From positions 212,069 through 276,068 of the forward strand of contig CBDAOG010000008.1 of the NCBI GenBank assembly GCA_965197985.1: a stretch of 64,000 bases of DNA, in the 5' to 3' direction. Shown here piece by piece: positions 36,235 through 46,500 of this stretch (positions within the stretch are counted from its first letter, which is position 1; each line of letters begins with the position of its first letter). Under the pieces are notes generated by a model, which ran no database searches, was not told where the DNA came from, and saw only the letters and a list, made by a program, of their open reading frames with translations. The position numbers were made by a program, and so were the translations under genes. This DNA comes from Dehalococcoidia bacterium (GTDB lineage: Bacteria; Chloroflexota; Dehalococcoidia; Lucifugimonadales; CAUZJF01).

Positions 36235-37946
36235 CCCAAATCCACCGAAGGGATGACTATGCAGCAGCGGAACGGGCGATAGGGGCAAGGGAGGGCGATG
36301 GTCCGGGCACGATTTGGGGTAGAGGGGGGCCGGTGTTTGTCTTCAGTTGCCGCGGGGAGACTTTGTGACCGTCTGCGAATGTTGGTCAGGGCGAGATAGC
36401 GGGGAGAGGACACAGCAAGAGGCACTCGCAGACCGGACTGGCGCGAGTTCGCGGGGACGTTCGGTTGGCCAGATGGCGGCCGGTTGCCGCCGCCGCCGTC
36501 AGGCAGGGAGTGGCAGGGCGCGCAATCGGGCCAGGGCACGATCGAACTGGGCTTCCCAAGGCCAGCGCTGTGGCAGATGCAGTGTGAGGCGGCGCGCCGA
36601 GCGGGTGATCCGTCCGGCCAGGGAGAAGAACCGCCGCCGGAGGGTCTTGGTGGTCACCACCTGCTCGCCCAGACCGATGCGCGCTGTCCAGCGGGCGATG
36701 TTGTGGGCCATCACCTGTACCGCCAGCCAGGCGGCGTTGGCGGCGAAGCGGCCCGAGGGGAGATGGTTCAACCCCACACCGTGCTTGAGGTCTCGGATGG
36801 CATTCTCGATCTCGGCGTGGCGGCGATGGTCGGCCTCCAGTTCGAGCATCTCCCCGTCCCGGTCGGTGATGAAGCCGTGATAGCTGTAGGTGGCGAAGAG
36901 GACCAGCTGGGAACCGGGCGTGGGCTTCACACGCCGGACGATGAGCCGCACCGGCGCGGCGTCAGGTTCACTCTGGAAGGGAGTGCAGGTGGTCTCGGCC
37001 ACATCGGCGGCGCCGTCCATCCAGTAAGGAATCGGCGTCCAGGCATCTTCGGGTATCGCCTCGATGAGATTGTGCAGGCTTTTATGCTGGCGGATGGTGA
37101 TGGAGAAGCGGACATCCATCTTGCGGCAGACGGATACCACGCCATGAGTGTAGAACCCGCTGTCGGCCCGTAGCGTGAGTCGTCCGTTGGCCCCGGCGTA
37201 GCGCACCCGTCCCACCGTCTCCCGCAGGAAGTGGGCGGCGCCGCGGGCGGTGTTGGCCCGGCCCTCGCGCAGCCGGGACATCAGCACGTCTCCGGTGCCG
37301 GCGGCGATGGCCAGCAGCGGGTGGTAGCCCCGCTTGCCGGTATAGCCGTGGTGGCGGGCGCCCTCCTTGGCCAGTCCGTAGGTCTCGCAGATGGTGGAAT
37401 CGAGGTCGATGGTGAACGGCGCGTCGCCGGGTCCGGCCCCAGCGGCCCAGGCCCGGGCCAGCAGCTCCCGGCTCACCCGGTCCAGCTGGCGGACGTGGCC
37501 CCACCGGAAGCTGCGCAGGAAGGTGCCCAGGGTGGATGGCGCCTTGACCGTGCCGCCCAGGGTGCAGGCCGTCCCCCCGGTGCGCAACACATCAGCGTCG
37601 TCGATGCAGTCGCCGCCGGCCATGGCTGAGGCCACCAGGGTCATCAGCTTGTCTCCGGTGTTGGCCCGCCCCGGCGCGCCGCCCAGGTCAAGGTGATGGT
37701 CAACGAGTTCCCGCAGGCCCAGATGCCGGGCGAGGGTGGCCGGCAGGAGCAGACCGGCATTGGCCACCAGGCGGTGATCGTCAAAGACGATACGGATACG
37801 GTCGGGCTGGTTGCGTGGTAGCATCTATTGGGTGCTCCTTCTCTGGGACTGTTTTGCTGTTACAAAACCATTATCCCAGATTCAGAAGAGCACCCTCTGG
37901 CCACTTCAGGATGCTAACCCGACGCCCTCCCTCGGTGGATTCGGGC
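36235..37946 (-). mobile_element. IS1380-family copy E (complete), flanked by TTAG
   Basis: Same termini as copy C. TTAG lies at 36231-34 and 37947-50. Confidence 0.85.
36499..37824 (-). CDS. IS1380-family DDE transposase (441 aa, intact)
   Basis: Near-identical to 29414..30733, with a 2-codon insertion (LLARAWAAGAG). Confidence 0.9.
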   Translation of the reverse strand: MLPRNQPDRIRIVFDDHRLVANAGLLLPATLARHLGLRELVDHHLDLGGAPGRANTGDKLMTLVASAMAGGDCIDDADVLRTGGTACTLGGTVKAPSTLGTFLRSFRWGHVRQLDRVSRELLARAWAAGAGPGDAPFTIDLDSTICETYGLAKEGARHHGYTGKRGYHPLLAIAAGTGDVLMSRLREGRANTARGAAHFLRETVGRVRYAGANGRLTLRADSGFYTHGVVSVCRKMDVRFSITIRQHKSLHNLIEAIPEDAWTPIPYWMDGAADVAETTCTPFQSEPDAAPVRLIVRRVKPTPGSQLVLFATYSYHGFITDRDGEMLELEADHRRHAEIENAIRDLKHGVGLNHLPSGRFAANAAWLAVQVMAHNIARWTARIGLGEQVVTTKTLRRRFFSLAGRITRSARRLTLHLPQRWPWEAQFDRALARLRALPLPA

Positions 37947-37986
37947 TTAGCGGGCAAAGAAGAAAGCTCGAGAAAGGAGGACAACA

Positions 37987-38205
37987 GTGGCCAAGGAAAG
38001 GATGGACCTGCTGGAGCTATTGCGCAAGGGGGGAATGGACGGTGACGTGGACTTCCTACGGGAGGCACTGAGAGTGGTGGTAGAGGGGATCATGGATGCG
38101 GAGGTGTCATCGAGGATCGGTGCTGAGTATGGAGAACGCAGCCCTGAGCGGGTGACCCAGCGCAACGGGTATCGGTCCCGGGCGTGGGATACCCGGTGCC
38201 TCCGC
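37987..38205 (+). pseudogene. N-terminal fragment of an IS256-family (mutator-type) transposase
   Basis: DLLELLRKG...DFLREALRVVVEGIMDAEVSSRIGAEYGERSPERVTQRNGYRSRAWDTR is the canonical IS256 N-terminal block. Homology stops after WDTR. Confidence 0.7.
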
Positions 38206-38368
38206 CGGACTCGAAGTGGCTCCAAAATGAAGGTGCGTCGTTTGTGCATTCAAGGTGAGAATAGGTAACGCCGGTGTAGCTCGGCACGTCCACAGGACGA
38301 CTTGTCGTAGTCACGGGTGCCCAGGAACCTGAGTGTGGTGATAATCATGTAGTTCGAGGTTCCTCACG

Positions 38369-40156
38369 TCAATTTGCCGCCGTCGTTGAACCAGGGCTGT
38401 CGATCTCGCCCGCCCACAACCGCTGCATCTCGGCGGATGTGGCGAGCAGGTTGTCAAGCGTCCCCTCGGCATCCACGCGACCGTCCTTGAGGACGACGAT
38501 ATGGTCGGCGCAACGGAGGGCCGCCCGCCGGTGGGAGACTGCAAAGACGGTGCTGTTCGGGCGGTCGGACAGCCGCTCCCATAGGGTCTGCTCGGTCTCG
38601 ACGTCGAGGCCGCTCGACAGATCGTCGAAGACCAGCAACTCCGGCTCTCGGACGAACATGCGCGCCGCGGCGGCCCTCCGTTGCTGTCCGCCGGAGAGTT
38701 TCACCCCGCGCGGCCCGACGACGGTGTGCAGCCCATTCTCAAGATCATCAATGTCGCGTTCCAGCACGGCGGAGCGGACGGCCCCGGGCAGGTCAGCTCT
38801 GTCCTCAGGAAGGCCCATTAGGATATTGCCCCGGAGTTCCTCACTGAACAGGCGAGGGACCTGGGACGTGTAGGCAACGCGAGGCGGCACCATAACCTCG
38901 CCCGCGTCTTCGATCGACCTCCCGTTCCACCGCAACTCGCCGGCCTGCAGCGGCAACGAACCCAACAGGACGCGCAACAGCGTGCTCTTGCCCGAACCGA
39001 CTCTTCCCGCTATGACAGTGAACGAACCCTTTCGCAGGGAGAGCCCGATGTCATGTACACCGCGCCCGGACTGCGGGTACACATAGGTCACACCGCGCGC
39101 CTCCAGGCTCTCGAGGCGGTCGGCTTCTGTCTTCGCTGCGGGTATTGGGTCGGTAGGTGCTCGGAACAGATGAATCGCGTTGCGCTCGACCAGCTTCTCA
39201 GGCGGGGACCCCGGCAATAGGTCACGGAGCCGTCCGATGCCGACACCGACCTGTCGATACGACACGACGAGTTGGCCGACGTCCATCACCAATGCCGAGA
39301 ACGCCCACAAGTAAAAGGTAAACAGCGCGAGGTCACCAACGGTGAACTCTCCACTGAGCATTGCGTGGCCGGAGACGATGAGAATCGCGCCGGTGCCGAT
39401 GTGCTGAACGTTCTGGAAAACCGCGTTCAATGACTGAGTCAGGAGTGTATCTCGCAGAGTTGCACGTTTGCGCGCCGTGTTCACGCGGTCGAACTCACCG
39501 AGGACGCTGACCTCGGCCCCGGCGACCTTGATCGCCTCGACGGAGCCGAACATCTCGCCGATGAAGCCTGTCACCTCCCCGGCAGCCTCACGGCTGCGCG
39601 TTCGTGCCCGTTCGATGCGGGCCTTGGCGGCGTTGACGACGACCAACACCACCAGTAGGGGAACGAATCCGACCAACGTTATGAAGGGAGATACCCGGAA
39701 CATGATGAAGATCGCGACGACGGCGAACACAACGTGGGTCGCTAGGAATTTGGCCTCTCCAACGAATCCGCCCACACTGGAAGCATCGTCACGGAACCTG
39801 GTCACGGCCTCGCCGGGTGATGCGGGAAGGCTCCGGTCACCGCGCAAGCCCATCAGATGAGCGAGGGCGTTCCTCTGCATGAGTGTGCCGATCATAAACT
39901 GATTGGCGGACTGCAGGGCGGACACCGCTACGTCGATCACGAGGCGAGCAGTCGAGATACCCACGAACATCGCACAGAGGGCCCATACGCTCAGCGAGGT
40001 CCGTGCGTTCCCTGTCAGGGTATCGAAGACCTCCCTCAGAATGAGGGCGTACGCCTGCTCGAACCCGACTATCACTGCGACTGATGCGAGGAAATCGAGC
40101 GTGAGCAACCACTTGAATGTCCACGAGAGAGAGGCGATGTATCGCCAGGTACTCAC
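38369..40156 (-). CDS. ABC exporter, fused permease + ATP-binding protein
   Basis: Six-TM-type N-terminal half. Walker [10 protein letters not shown], signature [14 protein letters not shown], Walker B LLVFDD. The GTG start overlaps the upstream fragment's stop (GTGA). Confidence 0.85.
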   Translation of the reverse strand: MSTWRYIASLSWTFKWLLTLDFLASVAVIVGFEQAYALILREVFDTLTGNARTSLSVWALCAMFVGISTARLVIDVAVSALQSANQFMIGTLMQRNALAHLMGLRGDRSLPASPGEAVTRFRDDASSVGGFVGEAKFLATHVVFAVVAIFIMFRVSPFITLVGFVPLLVVLVVVNAAKARIERARTRSREAAGEVTGFIGEMFGSVEAIKVAGAEVSVLGEFDRVNTARKRATLRDTLLTQSLNAVFQNVQHIGTGAILIVSGHAMLSGEFTVGDLALFTFYLWAFSALVMDVGQLVVSYRQVGVGIGRLRDLLPGSPPEKLVERNAIHLFRAPTDPIPAAKTEADRLESLEARGVTYVYPQSGRGVHDIGLSLRKGSFTVIAGRVGSGKSTLLRVLLGSLPLQAGELRWNGRSIEDAGEVMVPPRVAYTSQVPRLFSEELRGNILMGLPEDRADLPGAVRSAVLERDIDDLENGLHTVVGPRGVKLSGGQQRRAAAARMFVREPELLVFDDLSSGLDVETEQTLWERLSDRPNSTVFAVSHRRAALRCADHIVVLKDGRVDAEGTLDNLLATSAEMQRLWAGEIDSPGSTTAAN

Positions 40157-40320
40157 GCCAGGACCTCCTCGAGACCGGTCTGGAGGAGACGGTGGAACTG
40201 TGTGCTCGCGTCCGACGCCAACAGCTCCCGCTCACCGGACTCCACCACCCGGCCGTCTTCGAGGATCACTATGTCGTCGCATCGCTGAACGGTGGCGAGG
40301 TGGTGGGCGACGATCAGGAC
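40153..40320 (-). pseudogene. 3' end of the partner ABC exporter gene, 5'-truncated
   Basis: Minus-strand translation [54 protein letters not shown](stop). The homologous sequence starts abruptly near 40320. Confidence 0.7.
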
Positions 40321-40401
40321 AGTTCAAAAGTTCGTACCACTAGTGGTCCACCATCATTGAAATGAAGACCATGATAGTCATTGTTTCTCTTGGGGGGCAG
40401 G

Positions 40402-40737
40402 TCACATGTATAGCTCACTGAACCCTGGGTCTCCCGGCTCTGAGTAGTCTCGAGCCTTGGAGAACGGCTGACATGGAAACCCCGCGCAGAGGATGTCGTG
40501 GCTCGGGATAGTCTCAACTGCAACCTCGCGGATGTCTCCAAATGGTGTCACTCCGAAGTTCTCGTAGTAGGTCGCCCGCAGACTCTCGTCGATCTCGGAC
40601 GCGAAGACGCACCTGTGGCCGAGATTCTTGAGCGCAAGATGAAATCCACCAAGGCCGGCGAAGAGATCAATGAAACGCATCTGTGTCTGATCCGCTCCAT
40701 TCCTCAGGGAATCTGTGAGACTACCCTCGGACATCAT
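40402..40737 (-). pseudogene. N-terminal fragment of a DNA cytosine-5 methyltransferase
   Basis: Motif [13 protein letters not shown] and motif [10 protein letters not shown] are present. The ORF ends ~15 codons later and lacks motifs VI-X. Confidence 0.75.
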
Positions 40738-40930
40738 CACTCCTGCCACGCGTCGCTGTGTCGACGGCCATATCCTCCATCCAGCGGTCGATCCGCTCCT
40801 GTCTGAAACGCCAACGGCTTCCGACTTTAGAGGCGGGAATCTTTCCGCTTTGAGCAAGCCGATATATCAGGTCCTTGCTCAGCTGCAGGTACTCGGCGAC
40901 CTCTTGAAGGGTCATCCATCTGTTTTGCAT
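40721..40930 (-). CDS. Excisionase/MerR-type HTH (HTH_17-like) DNA-binding protein
   Basis: [46 protein letters not shown]. Confidence 0.7.
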   Translation of the reverse strand: MQNRWMTLQEVAEYLQLSKDLIYRLAQSGKIPASKVGSRWRFRQERIDRWMEDMAVDTATRGRSDDVRG

Positions 40931-41300
40931 GTGGCATCCATTGGGTCATATCCCTTCCTAGTCAATACTAATGGAGCATAGGCTCACATATAGCTGACGT
41001 CAAGACGAGCGACCACAGCAGACAGTGAGAGATTGCCTCTTGCGGAATGATCGCAGGACCTCAAGAAGCTACATCGAGACATATACGGGGTTCGAGCCAC
41101 GTGGGGGCCCAGGTCCTCGACGGAGCCACCGCCCAGGCCGACGTCGCGAGCTGAGCCGCCCTGGTCCACGGCGCGCCCAGGCCCGATCGACCGCTGCCTT
41201 CGCCCAAGGCGCGCCCTGGGCAGGTCCGCCGCAGAGTTGAACGCCTGGGGGGTACCGTGGCCCGGGCCACCGCTGCCTCCGCCCAGGTCGTGGTTGTGAT

Positions 41301-41330
41301 CTGTCCTGCCCTGCCCTGCCCTGCCCTGCC
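41301..41330. repeat. Pentanucleotide microsatellite (CTGYC)6 = (GGCAG)n on the minus strand; only 2 units in the right arm (53845..53854)
   Basis: ctgtc ctgcc ctgcc ctgcc ctgcc ctgcc versus ggcag ggcag in the right arm. This is a 20-nt length difference. Confidence 0.9.
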
Positions 41331-41719
41331 AGCACCGACCCGCTGATCTCGTACTGCATGGTGTAGTAGATATATACTTACCCAGAGGCAGAAATCCACC
41401 CATTAGATATTGCTTGCACCATTGCATGTTTGCATTTCTGGAGCTCTTCGACCGCCTATTCGCCTTTCGGCTAACCGCCTATTCCGTTCAACTGAGCGTG
41501 TCCAGCGATCTCCCTTCGATCGCCTTGATGCTCGGTATCATTGTGGTGGGTCTCGTCGTGGCCCGGGCCACGGTGCGCCTACACGATACCCCTACAAGGA
41601 GAGCTGCATGTCCAACCGCGACGGAATCCTAGACTCGCGGTGGTGTTTGCGGTACCTTCGAGAGCGTTGAAAAACCCGCGTGGTGGCCCGGGCCACATCC
41701 CCTGCAAAGGAGGGGCTAC

Positions 41720-41902
41720 ATGTCCAACCGCGACGGAATCCTAGACTCGCATCCTTCGGAGCGCGTCAAAATGCCGCCGGAGCTGGCGGCCTTCGACCGA
41801 TGGGACGCCGATCCGAACGACCTGGCGAAGTGGGAGGCGGCTATGGCGGCCTTGGCCCCGGCCGCCGGAGCCGACAATTCCAACGCCACCGTCAATCTCT
41901 AA
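41720..41902 (+). CDS. Small acidic hypothetical protein (60 aa), arm-borne
   Basis: Strong SD AAAGGAGGGG 5 nt before the ATG. MSNRDGILDSHPSERVKMPPELAAFDRWDADPNDLAKWEAAMAALAPAAGADNSNATVNL. The mirror copy 53272..53454 differs at 2 residues. Confidence 0.55.
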   Translation: MSNRDGILDSHPSERVKMPPELAAFDRWDADPNDLAKWEAAMAALAPAAGADNSNATVNL

Positions 41903-42544
41903 GCCAGCAAGTCGAAGCTCGTGTTCCAAGCGTAGGTAGGCCCTCCCCCGTCTCCACCACGAACACTAGCTGCCAAACGTTTTCGAGTGACCCTGGTCTG
42001 ACCCGGCCGCGCAACGCTGGATTGAGGCTGTGCTTAGACTTCCCAGCGGCAGCATGCTGCGTGCGTAATGCCGTCTGGCTCCGTAATGTAGTACACGGTA
42101 AGGATGCTTCCGTCGGCCAGCTGCGTCGACACGGGATATCCGAGGTCGCCTTCTGGCCTCGACCGTGTCTCCAGTGGAGGGTCCCCGTGCCGAACTCGTC
42201 GCGCCAGACCTCCAGGCGGCGGCGGAGCTTGTCGGGGGTGTCAAGCAGGCCGACGGCCTCGCCGAAGGTCAGGTGGTCGCCCCAGGAGACGCTCGCGATG
42301 TTTCGGCCGTGGCCCAGCGTCATCTTTGGAGATCTCCTGCTGCCTGGTCCATGACATCACCTGAAGCGCCATCCAATGAGACGCCCAGAAAGGGAGTCCT
42401 TTTGGTACGGCTGATATTACGGCTCGTGGTAGCTACGACGCAAGACGGCCCCCTTTTGGAGCATAGGCACTATAGCAGGTGCGGAACAGCAGGCTGGGGC
42501 GGTGCTTCGCTATGGCGGGTGGAACGGACAGGACCGAGCCGTAG

Positions 42545-44155
42545 CTATGAGAAGGCGGCCTCGAATACGCGCTCGGTACGTTCCTGTTGTTTCCGGTCAG
42601 GACCAGGCGTAAGAGATACGCCGGAGCCGGCACGGGTGGTTGCCAGATGGAAGACCGGCCTGAACGGAGCTTTGGGCTTGATGGCGACGACCGAACGGGC
42701 GTCTTTCGTGTCAACGTAAACGGCGTCCAGCATGGCAAGCAACAGCTTCCGACGCTCTTCCATGTTGGCACCAGCCCATAGCTCAGGCAGCCTCTCTATC
42801 AGCTTCCCCGCCTCTGCGGCAGCGGCAGCCTTTGGCACAACGAGGGACTCGAGCTCCATCTCCAGGTTCCGCTTCTGCCGCTTATACTCCTGGTCATCAT
42901 AAACTCCATCGACATAGGTCTTGGCGAGTCTCCGAAGCCTCTCCTGGACCTTTCGCCGCTTGGCTTGGACTACTTCGACCTCGTCCCTGGCGCTGATTAT
43001 CGAGAGGAGCTGCTCTTGCCATGCAGGTCCCAACTCGATGGCCTCGACGATCCTTCCGACCTGCTCATCAGCCAGGCGGCACGGTATCGAGCCATCGTGA
43101 GCTGGGCATTGGGTGTTACTGCGAGACTCCCTGTGCTCACGGTAGTACCTTCTTCCGCTTTTATAGGTCTGTGCCCACATCGGCATCTTGCAGTAGGCGC
43201 AACGGATGATCCCTTTCAGAAGATAGTCACGCTCAGGGTGAGGGCTCAGGGTCGTTGATCTGCCGCTGTTGTGCCGCATCTTGTCCTGGACCAGATCGAA
43301 GAGCTCCTGGCCGACGACTGGCTCGTGGGCTCCCGGTCGGAGTTGTTTCCTGTGCCTGACAAGACCCGAGTAGAAAGCGTTATGGAGGATGCCCCTCACT
43401 GAGGCAGTGGTAAATAGCTTCGGACCGGGCGAGAGCTTGCCATCAGCGCCTGCCAGCTGCTTGGTGTTGCGAGTCCGTAAGCCGCTCGCGTTCAGCCACG
43501 CGGCGAGCTGGCTTAGTGTGGTCGATCCCGTCGAGTACCGTTTGAACATCTCCTGGACCGCGGCAACCTCGGACGCAATAAGATGAACGCCCCCGGAATG
43601 CTCTTTTGGGCATCTGCGCCTGCGCTCTCCGTCCTGGCTCATCCAGCAGGATTCGTATCCAAACGGGATGCCGCCGGTGTGTCTGCCCTCATTGGCCCTC
43701 TCATCCAGACCCTTGCTTACGTGAGTGCCAAGCATGTTGGAGAAGAACTGGGCGAAGGACCCCAGAAGTTGAGTCGTCAACATCCCCTCAGGGGTCGAGT
43801 AGTCGATGTTCTCGGTGATGGAGACGAGAGCGACGTTGTGCATGCCCAGGTTGGCCAGCGACTCCAGGGTGACCCTGAGGTTGCGAGACCATCGGTCAAG
43901 GGTATGGACTACGACGATATCGAATTGATCCCTCCTGGCGTCCTCCATCAGTTGGCGGAAGATAGGGCGCTTCTTCACCGACTCTGAGTGGGCCGACTGG
44001 CCCTCTTCCCGATAGACCCTGACGGCCGCCCAGCCTCGGCTCTCACACAGCTGATTGAAGAGCCGCTCCTGGGCGTTCAGAGAGTGCCCGTCCACCTGTG
44101 AGATAGACGATACCCTGAGGTAGGCCACAGCTCTCTGGGAGTTCGCGTCGCTCAT
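42545..44155 (-). CDS. Large serine recombinase (536 aa)
   Basis: Resolvase catalytic N-term AVAYLRVSSISQ. Recombinase domain. Zn-ribbon CAYCKMPMW...CPAHDGSIPC. C-terminal coiled coil. Confidence 0.9.
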   Translation of the reverse strand: MSDANSQRAVAYLRVSSISQVDGHSLNAQERLFNQLCESRGWAAVRVYREEGQSAHSESVKKRPIFRQLMEDARRDQFDIVVVHTLDRWSRNLRVTLESLANLGMHNVALVSITENIDYSTPEGMLTTQLLGSFAQFFSNMLGTHVSKGLDERANEGRHTGGIPFGYESCWMSQDGERRRRCPKEHSGGVHLIASEVAAVQEMFKRYSTGSTTLSQLAAWLNASGLRTRNTKQLAGADGKLSPGPKLFTTASVRGILHNAFYSGLVRHRKQLRPGAHEPVVGQELFDLVQDKMRHNSGRSTTLSPHPERDYLLKGIIRCAYCKMPMWAQTYKSGRRYYREHRESRSNTQCPAHDGSIPCRLADEQVGRIVEAIELGPAWQEQLLSIISARDEVEVVQAKRRKVQERLRRLAKTYVDGVYDDQEYKRQKRNLEMELESLVVPKAAAAAEAGKLIERLPELWAGANMEERRKLLLAMLDAVYVDTKDARSVVAIKPKAPFRPVFHLATTRAGSGVSLTPGPDRKQQERTERVFEAAFS

Positions 44156-44286
44156 TCTTCGTCCTCGTCGTTCGGCCTGCGGGCTGCAACGGCCATGGCC
44201 GCATTGGCAAGTGTCTCAAGGAAGTTATCGATCATGATGGGGTCTGTCTCACCGTATCTGGCAGCACCCGGCTTTGTGGCGGTACA

Positions 44287-44308
44287 GTGTATACGGGAAC
44301 GTATACAC
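44287..44308. promoter_or_regulatory. Perfect 9-bp inverted repeat (GTGTATACG n4 CGTATACAC) overlapping a TTGACG/TACACT promoter-like pair upstream of the recombinase gene
   Basis: Read directly; the mirror copy is at 50866..50887. It lies ~130 nt upstream of the recombinase ATG. Confidence 0.4.
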
Positions 44309-44364
44309 GTCAACCCGTTTTGAGGCACGTTTAGTGGATGTACAAGCGTTCCCAAGGCAGCCAC

Positions 44365-44740
44365 CTAGCCAGCCGGCTCTTGTGCGTCGATCAGGCGTTT
44401 GAGCGTTGCATAGCCGATACCCAGTTCAAACGCCGCCTTACGTCTCGATAGTTCTCCCGAGCTTAGGCGCTCCAAAATAGCTCCAAAACGACGATCGAAG
44501 CCTCGCCGGTCCGTTACCCTGGGACGCCCTATCCGCTTGCCCTGTCGGCGAGCCCTGTCCATCCCCGCCTTCACACGCTCGCGGATCAGCTCCAGCTCGA
44601 ACTCTGCCAGAGAGCCCAGGATGTTCAACATCAGCCGGCCTACGGCGGTGGTGGTCTCGAAGTTCTCCCTCATGCTCTGGAAGCCTACGCCTACCATCTC
44701 CCAGGCTGACAACGTGTCGTGCATGTGCTTGACGGACCTG
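44365..44740 (-). pseudogene. Small serine recombinase (resolvase/invertase) 3' fragment
   Basis: FQSMRENFETTTAVGRLMLNILGSLAEFELELIRERVKAGMDRARRQGKRIGRP plus a C-terminal HTH. The catalytic N-terminal half is absent; it is cut at 44740. Confidence 0.8.
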
Positions 44741-44771
44741 TGACGTCTCTTCCAGGTTGGAGAGCTTCTTT

Positions 44772-44843
44772 GATTCCCTCGTAAAAACCCGTTTTGAGGA
44801 AGTTCCAGCGATTTAGCACATCTGCGCGCTACCGTATGTTGGT
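44772..44843 (+). mobile_element. Partial copy (left ~72 bp) of the 161-bp MITE
   Basis: gattccctcgtaaaaacccgttttgaggaagttccagcgatttagcacatctgcgcgctaccgtatgttgg matches the left half of the copy at 48011. Confidence 0.8.
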
Positions 44844-44944
44844 GTCAAGGGCGGTGTGAAAACGTACCAGCGGGGCGGAGCAAAACTGTACCACTGAACG
44901 CCGTAGAATGGGCATCAAGGTTCGTGGGGCGTTGGAGATCAGGG

Positions 44945-45245
44945 TCAGTCAGATAGCTGGCGGCCAGAAGTCTTCTTGCTGTGCTTGAGTCGGTAGCTGT
45001 CCCCGTTCATCTCCAGGATGTCGACATGGTGGGTGAGGCGGTCGAGGAGAGCTCCGGTCAGCCGTTCAGAGCCGAACACCTCGGTCCACTCGACGAAGGG
45101 CTCACTTGGAGGTCACCAGGACCGATCCACGCTCGTAACGCTGGCTGAACACCTCGAAGAGCAGCTCGGCGCCAGTCTTGGACAAGGGCACGAAGCCCAG
45201 TTCGTCGATGATCAGAAGATTGAATCCAACGTTGGGCCGCATGCC
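44945..45245 (-). pseudogene. IS21-family IstB helper ATPase 3' fragment (frameshifted)
   Basis: LLIIDELGFVPLSKTGAELLFEVFSQRYERGSVLVTS, then a frameshift, then EPFVEWTEVFGSERLTGALLDRLTHHVDILEMNGDSYRLKHSKK. Confidence 0.75.
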
Positions 45246-46460
45246 GGACAGGGTGGAACCGGTGATGTGGATTGCCGAGGGCATGACGTCGCAGCCGTAC
45301 AGGACCTCCTCCATCATCACGGGATGCAGCGATGTGGAATCGCCACCGGCGCGCTCGTGGCGGGAAGCAACCTGCTCGTACACGGCCGACAACAGGGCGC
45401 CGGTGCCGCAGGCGAAATCTCCGATGCGCAGCCTGCTTATGGCCTCGGCGTCGGACCAGTCCACAGAATCCATATTGGCCACGGCCAGACGCGCCAAAAG
45501 CGCAGCCGACGCGGGCAGGGTGTAGAAGGTGGCCAGATACTTCCGGTCGGCGATCAGCCGTTGGAAGATGCGTCCGGTCAGGTCGTGGGCGTTGTCGACG
45601 CCGGTGGCTTCAACTTCCTGGGCGGTCTCCAGCAACTCCCGTAAGACGCTAGTGGCAACGTCTCCGGGAAGCTGCTCCAAGATGTCTTTGGCGATGGCAA
45701 AGATGGGCCAGTAGTTGATCTTCAGGATGTCTTCCCAGGCCGCCAGCGCCTCACTCTGGGGACTTGCAACGTTGGGGCCGCACACCAAGCGCAGGGTTCT
45801 CACCTCCTGGTGCATCCCCGCGATGCGCTGGTGAAAGACCATAGCGTTGGCGATGATGGCACAGGCCATGCGACGGGTCTGGGGAACGTCGCTCATTCCC
45901 AGCAACCGGGCAATAACAGGGGTGACATTGGGGCGCAGCGTCGCCATTTCCTCCAAACGGGTGGCGGCCTGCCCAATGCCTTGCGAAAGCGTGTAAGCTG
46001 CCTGCTCCACTGCTTTATGTGGGACGGACACCAAGCGGGCTATGTCAGCCAGATCGCTCACTGAGCCGCCCAGCCATCCCGATTCGGGAAATCGGCTGCC
46101 GTCCTGATGAAGGACGCAGTAGGTTAGGCGTGTCTCGACTAGAGCCAAGCGCAGGTCATAGGCGTCTTCCACAGTCTTGGGATAACGCAGGGCTATGGCA
46201 GCCTCGACGGTGCGCGGAGCACCTTTCACGCGAAGCCCCAGCCGTTCGGAGGCATCCTTCTCCGCTTCGACAGCCGGCTCATACTCAGCCTCGACGACCA
46301 CCGGGGAGCGGCCCGGCGCGACGATCAGCACATCGGCATGGCGGCCCGGATGGTCGATGAAGGTCTGGGTGTTCTCAGAGCGGACTTCACAGTCCGGCAT
46401 CATGCCTCGTAGGATGTCGCCCAGTGCGTTGTTCGCGTTCGGTTCTGTCTGTCGCGGCAT
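45246..46460 (-). pseudogene. N-terminal part of a type IIG-like restriction-modification enzyme (PD-(D/E)xK-like N-term + N6-adenine MTase motif I), truncated by the IS21 fragment
   Basis: HADVLIVAPGRSPVVVEAEYEPA (nuclease-like). IGDFACGTGALLSAV (motif I). The ORF runs directly into IstB sequence before any NPPY/DPPY motif. Confidence 0.6.
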
Positions 46461-46500
46461 TCTACCTCGCTAACCCACTTACTCCTACCGGATGGAAGAC

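Larger units (their letters stand above)
41108..44740. repeat. Left arm of a ~3.6-kb near-identical inverted duplication (partner 50434..54446)
   Basis: All ORFs in this span have mirror copies on the opposite strand in the right arm (e.g. 42545..44155 vs 51019..52629). Identity ends at 44740 (inner) and 41108 (outer). Confidence 0.9.

Noticed and set aside
38090-38368. Small ORFs just downstream of the ABC exporter (e.g. 38090..38314) as a possible exported-peptide/RiPP precursor
   Set aside because: There is no RBS, leader or core pattern, and no modification enzymes nearby. The region is truncated by the IS256 fragment, so it is too speculative.
41892-42323. 143-aa ORF (and copy 52851..53282) between the recombinase and the small-ORF cluster
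   Set aside because: It appears to be a composite of gene remnants. A +1 frame switch gives ...GYPVSTQLADGSILTVYYITEPDGITHAACCRWEV(stop), which resembles the C-terminal end of a BNR/sialidase-like protein. There is no intact gene.
42165-42719. 184-aa ORF (and copy 52455..53009), plus other ORFs antisense to the large serine recombinase
   Set aside because: They overlap the recombinase 3' end on the opposite strand and have shadow-frame composition.
44152-44364. 70-aa ORF overlapping the recombinase start (and its copy 50810..51022)
   Set aside because: It spans the promoter-like element and palindrome. It accumulates at least 6 amino-acid changes between arms while the adjacent 536-aa recombinase has none, and it relies on a non-ATG start.
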